Shown here piece after piece: positions 27,908 to 41,414 of a stretch of DNA of 64,000 nucleotides. The DNA is taken from contig OZ024742.1 of assembly GCA_964016885.1 (NCBI GenBank), forward strand, positions 242,172,001 to 242,236,000, read 5' to 3'. A program made the translations under genes and the position numbers. This DNA comes from Eledone cirrhosa (Eukaryota). Below the pieces are notes generated by a model. That model was not told the origin of the DNA, did no database searches, and saw only the letters and a program-made list of their open reading frames with translations. Numbering within the stretch: the first letter of the stretch is position 1; each line of letters begins with the position of its first letter.

Positions 27908-29537
27908 CACCATCTTCACATAAATACTTTCATATCACACGTCATCAACATTTAGCATTTTATTCAATGCAAACCTTCCGGTCCTACGTGTGTACACAGC
28001 ATGATGATACTAGCCAACGGGGGATGCTCGATGTAAACGAATCTAATAGAACTGGCAGCAAAATATATCTTGGTGGACATATCGTATGAGTAAAGGGAGA
28101 GAGATTTGTCCGGCCTGGAATGCATTTGAACATAGGACTGCTCGAGCAAAGTAGATTTGGGGTTTAACTATAACAACACCAGCAACATTTTCATTCCCAA
28201 ACAATGATGAAGTTTACTTTGAATTAAACATAAACTCAAACAATGTATTTTACAATGACGTTAGCTGTTTGGGAGAACTGATTAAATTAGGGTTCGTTGG
28301 AATAAGTATTTTTAGTGAATAAAACATATCTAAAAAAGATAAGGAGAGAAGTAAAATGACAAAAAAAGTAGAAATGAAAAATCAAAATTAAAAATAGAAT
28401 GAAATTACAATAATACTAATTATAATTTAGTATAACAAAAAATTTAAATAATCAAACAGCAGTGAGAATGGGAAAGGGTGGATGAGAGTGGCGTATATTG
28501 GGTATGGAGGAAAAGAAATATATATTCACGAACTCATAAGATGTATATGTGAAAAAGAAAATGAGTACATTTACTAAAATTAACGAAATCAAATAAAACA
28601 CGATAAAACAACTGGTATTCTTTATGATGTTATTAATGGAATCGGCAATATTTGTAAACATAGCTGTTATTTATTCTCATGTTGCGTAGAAAAAGAGGAA
28701 ATAGAAGACAGGGGAAATAGCAGAGAATCTGTATTTTACACAAGTTTAATTAGTAACAAGAATAAGGCTAATTGAGTTGTTGGGAGGAAGTTGTTAGCCA
28801 ATCTCGTGAGACAGAGAGACATAACAAATATATGTAAGTAGTGGTAAGATATAACCGCACTGAGATACATTTAATATACAGATAAATAAGGCGGTGGATC
28901 GGGAGAATTGTTTGTGAGTCGCAAGACAGTACATGCAGTATTTGTTGCAGTTCTTTCTGTTCTGCTTTCATATACCACCAAGATTAACATTCATCCTTCC
29001 AAGGCTGATAAAATGAAGTACCAGTACTGGGCAATGGAAATGCAGAATTGTTAGAGCGTTCGATAACAAGCCTTGCTGTATTCGTTTCTACTCCTTACAT
29101 TCTAAATTCATCTGCAATGAAATTGATGCCAAATTGTAGCAATATTTACCTTTCTCTTCGACAAACTTCGTAACATGGAGAGTGGAAAGATTTGCTGCAA
29201 GTGGTATTGCTGTCTTCCATAAACAAAAGAAAAAAATGATTATATCGCTTATCTCTCTGATGGATTTTTAGTATGCATAAATATAAACAAGTCAAATATA
29301 CATATTTCCCAGCAAATTGAAAACGGGATAAATGCCTGTTTTTCTATGATATGCATAATTTCTAAGAAACGAACTAATCCGAAAGTCGATTAGTGGAATT
29401 TAAATCTGTTGTCATTGTACATGTAAATACTTATATTTGGCATGTTTACATGTCTATGGACTAAAAACAGGTAAATTTATATACACTTTATAGAGTTATA
29501 TACAGTGTTAACTTTGTAGAGTTATATACAGATATAA

Positions 29538-29611
<74 letters not shown>

Positions 29612-29673
29612 GTAAAATAAAATAAATAAGTCAAATGTTTAAAATTTGGCTTCGTTTATTACTGCTATAATAA

Positions 29674-29723
29674 TTGTTTCATTGAGGAACTGGAATCATG
29701 ATTCCAGTTCCTCAATGAAACAA
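29674..29723. repeat. 50 bp perfect palindrome
   Basis: TTGTTTCATTGAGGAACTGGAATCA|TGATTCCAGTTCCTCAATGAAACAA. Confidence 0.95.
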
Positions 29724-29812
29724 CAACCCAAACAGGAACTGGGCATATCAGAGTATTGAAAAAGTTATACACCTCAACAACATGTGTACTCGTCTCTACC
29801 ACACTAATTCGG

Positions 29813-29867
29813 ACTGTCTGGAGAGGTCACAGCCAAAGATGGCTCTCACCGAAATATATATAGCAGT
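29813..29867 (+). ncRNA. Type I hammerhead-like motif, CUGGAGA core
   Basis: ACTGT-CTGGAGA-GGTCACAGCCA(AAGA)TGGCTCTCACC-GAA-ATATATAT-A-GCAGT-AATAAA. Confidence 0.65.
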
Positions 29868-30109
29868 AATAAACGAAGCCAAATTTTAAACATTTGACTT
29901 ATTTATTTTATTTTACATTACTCCGGAGTAACCAAACCAACGTGCGTACTTCGCCGAGTGCTCCAATCTGCATACTGAGGTGTGGTATACAACCAACATA
30001 TACTCAAAATTTATATATATATAACGAAGGAATTGTGGTAAGGAACCAGATGAACCAGAATTAGCCGTCGAAACGGCTTGAGCTCTGCCGTCGGGGTCAT
30101 ACTTTTTCC

Positions 30110-30227
<118 letters not shown>

Positions 30228-30241
30228 CATATATATATATG

Positions 30242-30273
<32 letters not shown>

Positions 30274-30426
30274 CTTATATATGCAAAATTGAACGGAAAC
30301 AACAAAGCGAACAATACAATATTGTGAAGATATATGTTAGTCTAATGTTATATTTGAGAACTATTATGTATGTTTGTATGTATTTATGTATGTGCATATT
30401 TTCTAATTTTGCTAGTTTCCTTGCAG

Positions 30427-30571
30427 GGTTTCTTTCGGCGAACACTTAAAAAACAGTTGGTTTACACTCCTTGTAAGACAGGTTCACAATGTAGGATAGA
30501 CCAAATCACACGGAACAAATGCCAATATTGCCGATATCAAAAATGTCTCAATGCCGGCATGTCACAAGATG
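30427..30571 (+). CDS. PPAR: PPAR-like nuclear receptor, exon encoding zinc finger 2
   Basis: ttgcAG|GGT ... GAT G|GTGAGT. Translates [48 protein letters not shown] and continues CEGCK in frame. Confidence 0.95.
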
Positions 30572-31779
30572 GTGAGTAGGAATTTGATGCGATTATGATC
30601 TGGGCTAATAACGTGAAATGTAAACACATATGTCATATATTCGATGCGCTAGTTGTTATTTGTCATCTGTCATAATTTAGTCACGCATTCAATTATAAAT
30701 CATACATACATAGTGTGACAACAGATATTCCAGAGTTTAGGTTTTGTCAAAATCTACTTAAATTTGTTAATAAAATAATTTAAAATAATTCACTACAGTC
30801 AAAAGACACAGCTAATATAACTGGATTAAGTTGAGTCTGATGTCACTTACTTATCTTGAATAGTACAATTACGAATGCTTTTATGCGGGAGTATATTGAA
30901 TGGTGGTTTAGAAAATATAGCACAGTTGGCAGATACGTTGAGATGTCTTGAAGTCAATTCGGAAATTGGTTGTTTTTTAAATAGAATTTGTAATCATATA
31001 CATAAAACTAAAGGAAAAAATGATATTGCAAATCTAAAAAATGCGATATACATAGATAAATAATAAATATTGTATATTGTTATACATTACAATGATTTAC
31101 ATTGTCTGCAGTAACGACAGTTCTAGAGGAATGAGTTACAGACGCAATTAAAAATCTGAATGTATATACAATACATATTCTATTTGTTTCTTTCCTTCTA
31201 CACTACGTTTACTGCTTACTTTTGCAAAAGCTAAGCATTTCCTCTTTAGATATCGAACCTCTGTACATATCTTTTGTCTGTAATAGTACCAACAAGTTCT
31301 CCATTCTCATCGGATTATCTGAAGGGAGCGTTTACTTACCTATTATTATGAGAATGTCAGATACCATACGATCAATGTTTACCGATTTACAAAGATATTT
31401 TCGCACAATCTTTCTACTATAAAGACAGTAATGAAGAATATTCCCGCTAAGTATGATCTGAAGACACACTGTCGTATGTATGTAGGAGGGTAGATTACTT
31501 TCAGTTGTGCACACAGGTCTAAAGGAATAATGGTTATATTATTGTACAAATTACTACATTAGTTTCAAATATCGATGTAGTAAGCTCATATGTGTCCGTT
31601 CTAGATATTCAATCAACTAACATTGAATAATCTGGTACCGAGATGGTCAATATACTCTTTATAGTGTATAGATGTGTACTGTCTCGTGATATATGTAGAA
31701 AGAGGCAGTTGGTATGTCTAAACCAAAAGAAGAGCAATCTGTCTGACATTGCTATCTAATGGATACTGTTCTTGAACCC

Positions 31780-32210
31780 AACACGTGGAGGATAATGAAA
31801 CACTTGTAAACAGATACTTCATTTACCAGATTGTGTATGTGCTAAATTGTGAACAAAGTGGGTTTGTTGATCAGCAAGATATCATTCCATCCAGTTTCGA
31901 ACGGCAGAGGTTTCTTGTCCTTACGAAACTTGGAAAAAAAAAGAGATATGGCTACGGTTATTATTAGAATATCAAGTGGCCGTGTCTGGCAAAATTCTAT
32001 TGCCAAAATGCATGCATGTATATTCCACCCATATCTCATCTCTTGGTATATAGTTTCTTGTGCGATTATAGCATTGCAATGTGCACCAACAGGGTACTAT
32101 CTGACCAACATTCTGTCGAAGCTGATGCACATCATCAAAGTGCAATTATGTACCGACCATGTTTCTCTTCATATGTTGATGATCAATTCACTGATATGTC
32201 TGGCCATATG
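31780..32210 (+). mobile_element. Heavily decayed RTE-like LINE fragment
   Basis: HSVEA..IIKVQLC.TDHVS across frames resembles the RTE motif SIEAMLIKAQLRWxGHV. Confidence 0.3.
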
Positions 32211-32475
32211 AAATTTCTGTTGATCTAATTTATCTGAATTAAACTTAATCATATATTGAGCACTTTTAGGATAATATACCACATATATTCAAAAATATAG
32301 ATGCGCTATATGAATTATATATGAAATTTTCCGTCTCTAAGGGTCTTTTCTCTATTTTATAAACTATTTTAAAGCATCTGCGCGCATGAACACACTACTA
32401 GTTTTATTAACTTAATCCCCTAAGCGCATTGTAAAAGTCCGAGAGATTGACTATGTATATACGATGTTTTTATAT

Positions 32476-32579
<104 letters not shown>

Positions 32580-33694
32580 TTATAAATACATATATATATG
32601 TGAGTGATGTGTGGTTTTGCGTGTATGTGTGTTTGTGATCTCTCTGTGTGTGTATTATACTTTCCTTCTTTTTGTCCATTAAGCTTACGTTTATGATGAA
32701 GATATTATTAAAGCACCATGGAAAGATTGATAGGCAAATAATTGTACATTGGCACCTTCTGTTTATTTCCAGTTTTAGAAGTAACTCATTAACTCCTTAT
32801 CCGTTATAGTTTCTTTCACTAACTTTAAGTAGGATGTTTCCGAACTTCCTCTTTTTTCATGCACGTGTACACGAACGTTTTGTCTGTATGTACTAGTTCT
32901 CCTCCGTATGTGTATGTGTGCATTAAAGTTTCTGGTATTTTTTTGTGTTTTTTTTTACTTTCAATATGAAACTTCATCTGTCATAATTCATTAACGCAGT
33001 ATTCAACATTTTAATATAGTGTAAAACATAAAATTATGTATAACATTCAAACAATCGATGTAGCAGTAAAAAAAATACATGGAAGTTAAGAATTAAATAA
33101 ACAAATATATAAACTCATAAATTAAAAAATGTTCAACCAAAAATTATGTAAACCATAGTTAACAATTCAAAATAACAACTATTCTCTGCCTTTGTCTCCC
33201 TTTTTATTATATGATTTCCTTATAATATGTGGATGAAGGAATTTTAGGTTTGTTTTGCCATTTCGTTTTTATAATACTTTAACCCATTTCTGTTTTCTCA
33301 ATAACACCATGAAAAAGAAATCAACATCGATTTTAATGCTCAACAAATATCAAATGTAATACTTGAAGAAGTGTTGGCATTTTTTTCTCTTTTGAATAAT
33401 ATTACAAGCGCTAAGAGAAATCGCAAAGAAATTCGTTCAAAATGAATTCTCGGTTTTGTTGAATTTCTCTATATAAGACTTAGATATAAGATAATAAACG
33501 GAAAAAAGGAATAACTCCTATGTGTATAGTCGAGAATAATTGACTTGTAATTTCTGGGCATTGTGCTGTTTTTCGACTGCAACAACAAAAAAGAGCAATT
33601 GATTAATTATTTTAAACATTCTACGCGGTGATCCAGCTCTATAATTAACATATCTGTCGTTGTATGTAAGAGGAGAGTAAGATTTGCTGGCCAC

Positions 33695-33885
33695 AGCCAT
33701 CGTGTCCCCATTAGTGCTTTGGAAACCACAAACAGTCACTAATAAAAGGCTTTCCTACCCCGATGTCATCTCCAGAGATTATGGTGTTGAAATCCAGGAC
33801 TTGGCAACGGCAATGAACGACAGACCCACTTGGGAATCAATTGTTGAGTCCATTTCGACTGAAGCCGCCGGATGATGATGATGAT
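33695..33885 (+). mobile_element. RTE-clade LINE 3' end
   Basis: LVLWKP..LSYPDVISRD..DLATAMNDRPTWESIV, stop, then a (GAT)n tail. Confidence 0.7.
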
Positions 33886-34860
33886 AATTAACTTATTCTG
33901 TATGTAACGTAATTTCACATTTGGTCTCAGCAAGTGTACATTCATAGTCAGACAAAATTTTTGGTAGATTAGTCTTTAGTCATTATTATTCAATAATTCC
34001 TGCCATCTTACTACACCAAGCAGACTGCATTTCCATTCAGATTAGATTTCCTGTCTGGATACACTTCCAACAATATATTGCATTTTCATTCAGATTCAAT
34101 TTCCAGGTACGCTTCCATTCAGACAACCCACTTTGATAAATTTGATAACTTTGATAGGTTTCGGCCAGTATTGGTCCTGGCCATGTATAACTTAATAACA
34201 GCGAATGTTAGAGTATATATATCCAGTCAGAATACACTTCTTACCTGACTAGACTACGCTTCCGGTGAATAAATGGCGAATCTAATTACATCCTTTAAAG
34301 ACATCTTTATAACTTTGTTTCTTTTTTTATTTCAAACAAACGATAGAGCTATTACGCGATCGCTCACCCTACGCTAAATAACCACCAAATCTCTTTCAAA
34401 TAGAACATTGCCGTTTAAAAGAAAACAGAGGTATATCCTTTCTGACTAACGAAATGTTGGTAATGGCTGGAACGTTTCTTTGATCAGGTTTAGTCAAACA
34501 TGCCAGATTATGTGCTATATAGCCTTCTAAATCATTATTCTCTAGAGCTTTATATCTCCGGAATGCATGCACTCACAAAATGTGCACCATTGTATTAATA
34601 TTGGGTACGTTAAATAAAAACAATTCCACGTTTGGTATAATCTGGTAATATATTATATGGCATGGTCCCGTAACTCTTGAGAGAGTCGTTGGGGCACGTT
34701 ATTGACATACAATCTTTCTAGAGCATTATTATAAAACCGACAGAGCCCATCTCCTCTCCAGATCTGAATACAGCATATTTCCTCCTGAGAAGGATAGAGA
34801 GTGAGAAAGAGAGAGTGAGAGAGAGAGAGAGAGGAAATGAGAAAGAGATATAGAGGAAGA

Positions 34861-34985
34861 ATCGATTCCAGTACTAGACTGGTACTTTTATTATCGACCT
34901 TGAGTGTATGAAAGGCAAAGTTGAGCTAGGCGGGATTTGAACTCAGAGCATTCTATCCAACGATCTAACTCTGACTCTGCCAATT
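34861..34985 (-). mobile_element. Diverged SINE copy
   Basis: Core and B box on -. Confidence 0.65.
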
Positions 34986-35976
34986 TGCCGCGTAATGTAT
35001 TATATAGGCTTATATATAATATAACCACTGATGTTTTAATACGCATTGAACTATTAAATTATTCATTAATACTAGTTTCACAACCACCCCGCTGTGTAGT
35101 AGCCTCTATCTCTTCTTTTACAACTACAATGATCTCCCCACCTCTATGGAGTATCGCACATCAACGAGAGAACGCAAACTTTCCTTCACATCGTTCCGCA
35201 ATAAATATGGAATGAAACCACGGATAATGCAATCCTAATGAGAAGTCAAATATAGGAGTTATATGATCTTAAGTGGATGAATCAAGTAGAATATTTGGTT
35301 AAACAATAACATAAGCAGCAGCAAATAAAACTTGTAGAATATATAAATCCAAATTGATTCTTTAATCCTCGTTACTTCAAGTCTCCTTGTCTCATCCATA
35401 CCCGCACCGCTCTACTATCCAGGTTTCCTACTGAATATATGATAGCTCAAAAGCAGGAACCTGGACATCTTTTTAGACGCTAGCAATGCATGAGCTCTAT
35501 TCAAGGATGACGGACTCTAAACAATATAAAATATACAAATAGGAAATGTTTTCTTGCATATTTAAATCCAGAGACAAAGTTTTCAATGACATCCAGGTGT
35601 TAATTTACTTTAAACATCATTTATAACTTATAGATATCGTAATATTCTCGCAAAGCATAATAGCAATGTTACCGCCCAATCTTATCATAAAATAATGTCA
35701 AGTATTTTATATTTTATCTTTGTGTGTTATTGTGTATTCTCTTGAATTCTTGTTTCACTTTCACTCTTTCTTTACTCCTTAACCAACCTCTGTCATATTC
35801 TATTAACATCTCACTCTGTTTCTCGCATATCTCCCATCCTTCAGTATTTGCTATTTGTCGTCTTAAACTTTCACAAATTTTACACCATTATGCATATGTA
35901 TATATTATATTTTACATGTGAAACAAAACACACACAAACTCACGTGCGCACACATACACATATACACACTCTCTCT

Positions 35977-36046
<70 letters not shown>

Positions 36047-36217
36047 GAGATATCCACAGTAAGTTGTGGGGTCTAGTCTGCATGAAGAACTCAATGTAAT
36101 CAATATGTTGAAAATGTTGTAGGTTAGAATATATCCCGGCAAACAATAACACATTACAAGGAAAACAGAGTCATGACATAAGTTAAAACAATAAAATAAA
36201 AAATAAAAATGTTTATT

Positions 36218-36271
<54 letters not shown>

Positions 36272-36342
36272 CAGAAATGGAGCGAACGAAAATCATTCGC
36301 AGACAGAGATTAATAGATAGATAGGTAGATAGATAAATAGAT

Positions 36343-37128
36343 AGATTTCTTTATTAGCCACCATGGCACAAAAGAAGGGGACAAATACAAATGGGGAGTT
36401 TACATACAGGTATATGAAAATAAAACTTTTATAAAATTTGCTAGGGTACAGCACCTCTCTCTCCATCCTGATTCGTCTTCCAAAATGATATTTGAAAAAA
36501 CGAATCAGTTGCTCGCCGGAGAGAAAGGTGTCTGCCCTCAGCCCTTTTAACCTCGTCCACCATATAACCTCTTTCACCATAGCCATAACACATAGGAAAA
36601 CCGCCTCTCCCTCGTTTTTGAAGGAGGCTGGCGGTTTGATCATGACAATGGACTCGGTGGCCAACCGGATTGGTCCCACACGCGACAATAGTTGTTCTAC
36701 ATAGCCCCACAGGTCGGTAACGCCCGGGCAGTGTACAAATGTGTGCGCGACGGTTTCCACGTCGCGCACGCATCTCGGACAGATCTTTTTCGAGGGGTCC
36801 CTACCCGGGCACCCGTGTCTGTAGAATTTGTCTCGAACTGGTAGAGCTCCTCAGTAGCACTCCCAGGCCAGGGACTTTTGGAAGTTGTCCATTGGTCCCG
36901 GGCGGAAGGTCCTACCGAACAGACTGGCCAGTTCGTCCTCCTCTACGCCTAGAGTTTCTCCGAGCGTGTCGTCGCACTTGCTGCGGACCAACCCTCTATA
37001 GAATGTCGAAGTGGAGTCTCCACTGATCGCCGAGTCTGTTTGCCAGAGGACTGTGAGCGCCTGAGTACATTCGATGTGCCAGTCGCCCATTTTCCTCGGT
37101 CTTTGCTTGACCCAGGAATACAGCTCGG
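36343..37128 (-). mobile_element. Tx1/L1-clade LINE 3' fragment in (GATA)n
   Basis: Homologous to 16697-17630 (FYRGLV..DDTLGETLGV..MDNFQKSLAW..ETVAHTFVHC). AATAAA at the end, (GATA)n on both sides. Confidence 0.85.
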
Positions 37129-37267
37129 ATAGATAGATAGAAACATGCAATTTAATCAAAAATCTACCTTAACTCTCAACTCTCAAAATTCTCCCCTCTC
37201 TCTTCTCCTGTTCTACCATCATCTTCATTAACTTTTATTTTCTTTCTTCCTTCTTCTTTCTTTCTTT

Positions 37268-37298
<31 letters not shown>

Positions 37299-37299
37299 T

Positions 37300-37398
37300 C
37301 TTTCTTTCTTTCTTCTTCTTCTTCTTCTTCTTCTTCTTCTTCTTCTTCTTCTTCTTCTTCTTCTTCTTCTTCTTCTTCTTCTTCTTCTTCTTCTTCTT
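37300..37398. repeat. (CTT)n microsatellite
   Basis: Long pure TTC run, the source of the poly-K ORF. Confidence 0.95.
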
Positions 37399-38181
37399 CA
37401 CAACCACCACCACCACCACTATCACCGGCACCTCCAACACCATTAACGGAACCACAAACACAAACACCAGCACCACCGCTACCTCCATCATCATCATTAC
37501 CAGCAGTAATAGCAGCAGTGAAATCATTATCAGTATCATTAACATCATCATCATATATTCATCTCTGATCTATCATTTTTTTTTCTCTCAACTAATTTCC
37601 ATCGCCGCAATATCTTTCCTTTATGATTGATCATTTCCTCTTTTTCTTATCATTTAACCATCAGAATGTTTGCCCTCTCACACTTTGAAACTCTTTTTTG
37701 TGAATGAAATATATAGAAATATTACAAACAGATAGAGCAATAAATACTTATATATACATTAGCTTTGCACTAATTCGTTTAGACAAACACAGAACAAAGT
37801 ATACTCGAGCTCTAAATATTCATCAAACCAAATATTTGTATGTATATACATTTATTAGTATACTGGAAGTATGTTCATATTTTTATATACATGAGCATGT
37901 TTTATGACGCATTAAGAAAATATTAACACTGGTGTAACTGAACAATTTTGTAAAATATCAGTATAGTAAGCAAAATACATTTAAGTTTAAAGGCCCTCAG
38001 TAATGCAATGTAGATCCGAGTAATCTAATCGGGTACACAGTCATTTGGCAAGCGGTTAACACATCGTTTGAAGTACACCAGATCTGTTTCTTTTAATTTT
38101 TTTAACGAGGAATTTAAGTGTTTATATATTTATGAATTTATTCTAGTACAACATGTTACATGGTCATGTCCCAAGCGCCTA

Positions 38182-38214
<33 letters not shown>

Positions 38215-38249
38215 ACACATATATATATATATGTGAGTGTGTGTGTTCG

Positions 38250-38280
<31 letters not shown>

Positions 38281-38987
38281 AAGTGAGTGATTTTAAAAAG
38301 GAAGAGATAGACATACAATTTCACAAAGTCTTATTAGTTTTACGCTTGTAGGAAAAGGGAAAAGAATGTATCAACGTATCAGACATTATTCTTTCGCCAG
38401 GAAAAGTAGATTAGGACAAAGAAGTTGAAAGACGGAAGAAATATAAACCTTTTTTATCAGAATGGTTGAGATTGAATGGTAAATAGTCCAACGTGTGGGA
38501 GTGTGCTGAGGTGGTTTCTGGGTGAGGGTGTATAATTGTTTTTGATATGTGCATGGGAGTTGCATTATGTTAGTATTCATGGTTTTATTTTTTGTTCTTG
38601 TATGTATTTGTGCGTGCGAGTATGTACTTTGGAGTGGTGTGTGTATAATGTTTGTGTTGTTATGTATCTAGCAGAGTGTATTATTAGTGTATGTGTGTGT
38701 GTCGTTATGTATCTGGCCGAGTGTATTGATAGCGTATGTGTGTGAGAGTGTAGTTCGGTCTCTGTGTGATGTTTTCGGTAAATGTGTATGTGAATATCTG
38801 TTGGGTTGCGTGTGGTGTACGAATATGTGTGTATATATATATGTGTGTGTTTATGTATGAGTATGTGAAAACATTTATATATCTAGATTTTTTCAAAATC
38901 TCAGTTAAAATCTATTTCATTTTTTTTGTTGTTGCTCTCTGCTGAATATATAGTACATTATGGTTCTATTACACTTTCTGTTTGCAG

Positions 38988-39199
38988 CTGTGCGGTTTGG
39001 TCGAATGCCTAAGGCTGAAAGAGAAAAGTTGGAGGCAGATCGAGAAGAGATGCATGGTAGTTGCGGTGAAAAGATTCTTGAGTTGCGGGCCTTGTCAGAT
39101 TTGATTAAAGCCGCGTTTTCAGACAACTTCCGTGGCACATGTGTCTACAATCATAATACGGTACGGAAGAGGCCGTCAGTCACAAACCCAATGGAGAAG
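38988..39199 (+). CDS. PPAR: PPAR-like nuclear receptor, hinge/helix 1 exon
   Basis: ttgcAG|CT completes the split GCT codon. (A)VRFGRMPKAEREKL...LRALSDLIKAAFSDNF resembles PPAR AIRFGRMPQAEKEKL...LRALAKHLYDSYIKSF. Donor AAG|GTTTGT. Confidence 0.92.
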
Positions 39200-39354
39200 G
39201 TTTGTATATACTTATAGATAGTTATGTACCTATACATTGTATTACGTACCTACAAGTCATTCTCAACTATTTTCCACAGACGTTTACACTTATGACTATA
39301 TATATAATAATAATAATACTATTTATACTTATATATACACTATATATAATTATA

Positions 39355-39678
39355 AACAGGAAAGGTCAGTAATTATTTACCACCTTATTTCCAGTAAGAA
39401 AAATAGCTCAATGTAAATACATCAGATGTTTTACAGAGCCGGAATATAAATTACAGTATAATCAAATCTATGTTCAAAACATTTTATTGCTGACAATCTT
39501 TTCTTTCAAACTTTCGTTTGAAATCATCGGCGCACTACCAAAGTTTAGACATATATAGGTTAATTATATGTCTAAACTTTGCTAGTGCTCCGATGAATCC
39601 AAACGAAAGTTTGGTAGAAACGATTGTCAGCAATACAATTTTTTGAATATAGTTTTTATTATTCTGTAATTTATATAT
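39355..39678 (-). mobile_element. Fold-back PLE-like element; arms ~39444-39555 and 39565-39678, tail 39355-39443
   Basis: Diverged inverted arms, apex TTTAGACATATA-9 nt-TATATGTCTAAA, hammerhead in both arms. Confidence 0.75.
39586..39632 (+). ncRNA. Type I hammerhead-like motif, CCGAUGA core
   Basis: TGCT-CCGATGA-atCCAAAC(GAAA)GTTTGGta-GAA-ACGATTGT-C-AGCA. The mirror arm also has CCGATGA. Confidence 0.65.
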
Positions 39679-39885
39679 ATATGTATATATAAGATTTCCT
39701 ATATATTTACGCGAGTGTTTCTCTAGTGCTGCTGATGTTTGTTCAGCCCCAAGAAATTACTTATCACGAAGTATTAGATTCAATCGAGAAATCAAATTGC
39801 AAATGTGTGGCTTAAACATACTCTTATGACAAAAATGTACTGTTCACATTTATAAACAATTGACTACCCAATAAAAATGATATCA

Positions 39886-39968
<83 letters not shown>

Positions 39969-39969
39969 G

Positions 39970-40012
<43 letters not shown>

Positions 40013-40701
40013 ATGTGGTAGATCACTGGGCGGTTGTATCCGTCGTACGTAGAGCACTCAGTACATAGGACGAGTTCGGTATAAAGATAGTTCCTCAACA
40101 AATTAGCAAATGAGTTGAAAATCCGTTGGGTGAAACGCGCTTCCCTGAGGATGGTTTGCTAATTTGTTGTGGGACTAATTTGTTGTGGAACTAATTTGTT
40201 GAATGGTCACTTTAGGTGTGGATATAAAATTAATCATTTGCTTACCCCTTAAGTAGCTACATCGCAACATATGCGGGATAAGACATATTCAACTTCAAAA
40301 GTGTTCCACTCTACAAATGCGCAGACTCTTTCACTCAACAACAGTGAATAAATACAGAAAAACCAATTCATTAACAAATACAAACCACAATTAAATATGT
40401 AATTATTCTGTATTAGACAATAAACAGTGATCTATGGTTGGAAATAACCAATGTACACACATTTATATTCAAACACCTGAAAACCACACACATCACAAGA
40501 TAAAAGGAAAACCCATAAGTCCAAGGAAACATCTACTAAAGACATTTTTCCTTCCCTTTCTCTCTTTCTTTTCTTCCTTCATTCCTCACATACCCTTCTC
40601 CCTCTCTCCGTCATTTTCTATGTTTATTTTCATTTCCATCATTCCTTTAGTTTCTTTTATTATATATATTGTCATTGATACTATTATATACATAAATAAA
40701 T

Positions 40702-40838
<137 letters not shown>

Positions 40839-40862
40839 AGGAGTGTAACTTGGAGTTTTAAA

Positions 40863-40949
40863 GGGTCCGTCGAGCTGCCGATTATAGAGTCGGGTAAGAT
40901 TGATACAGATCGAACCTTGAGCTGATCAGTGGCGAAACGCGCGTCACCT
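40863..40949 (+). ncRNA. Hammerhead-like motif with CCGUCGA core
   Basis: GGGT-CCGTCGA-GCTGCCGAT...ATCAGTGGC-GAA-ACGCGCGT-C-ACCT, AATAAA at 40953. Lies in a short element between (TA)n tracts. Confidence 0.65.
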
Positions 40950-41132
40950 ACAAATAAATGTAATGGAGGAGTAACCAATAGTCCTTGTTATCCTTTATAT
41001 ATATATATATGATTTCCTCCGAATGAGACAGTTCTAGTCCTGTAGAAGCCATTTCTATATTAAATTACTTTTACTCTGCTATGTATTGAGTACCTTACTT
41101 ACTGTGGTTATCCCCGATTTAACCCGGGATCT

Positions 41133-41194
<62 letters not shown>

Positions 41195-41322
41195 GCATAC
41201 ATATACACACAGAGGGGGAGGGGAGGAGAGAGATAGAGAAATGAAATGTTACTTCTAAAGATCATTATTCAATTTAGTACTCTAGATTTCAGGAAAGTAA
41301 AGTGTAAAAGATATTATTGTAA

Positions 41323-41414
41323 GATTTTATGCTTGACGGCTAAGATTAAACCGTTTCGATATCAAACATCTTGGCTCTGAAAACGGTTTAAGCTTACCCG
41401 TTAGGCGTAAAATC
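41323..41414. repeat. Small fold-back with hammerhead 3' half
   Basis: 35 bp imperfect arms 41323-41357 and 41380-41414. GAAACGG..CCGTC-AAGC on -. Confidence 0.55.

Larger units (their letters stand above)
29612..30012 (+). mobile_element. Fold-back PLE-like element; arms 29612-29669 and ~29859-29916, tail to ~30012
   Basis: 58 bp inverted arms, an internal 50 bp perfect palindrome, a hammerhead, and (TA)n flanks. Confidence 0.8.

Noticed and set aside
34745-34775. SPDLN-like Tc1/mariner motif
   Set aside because: Only a few residues, with no surrounding homology.
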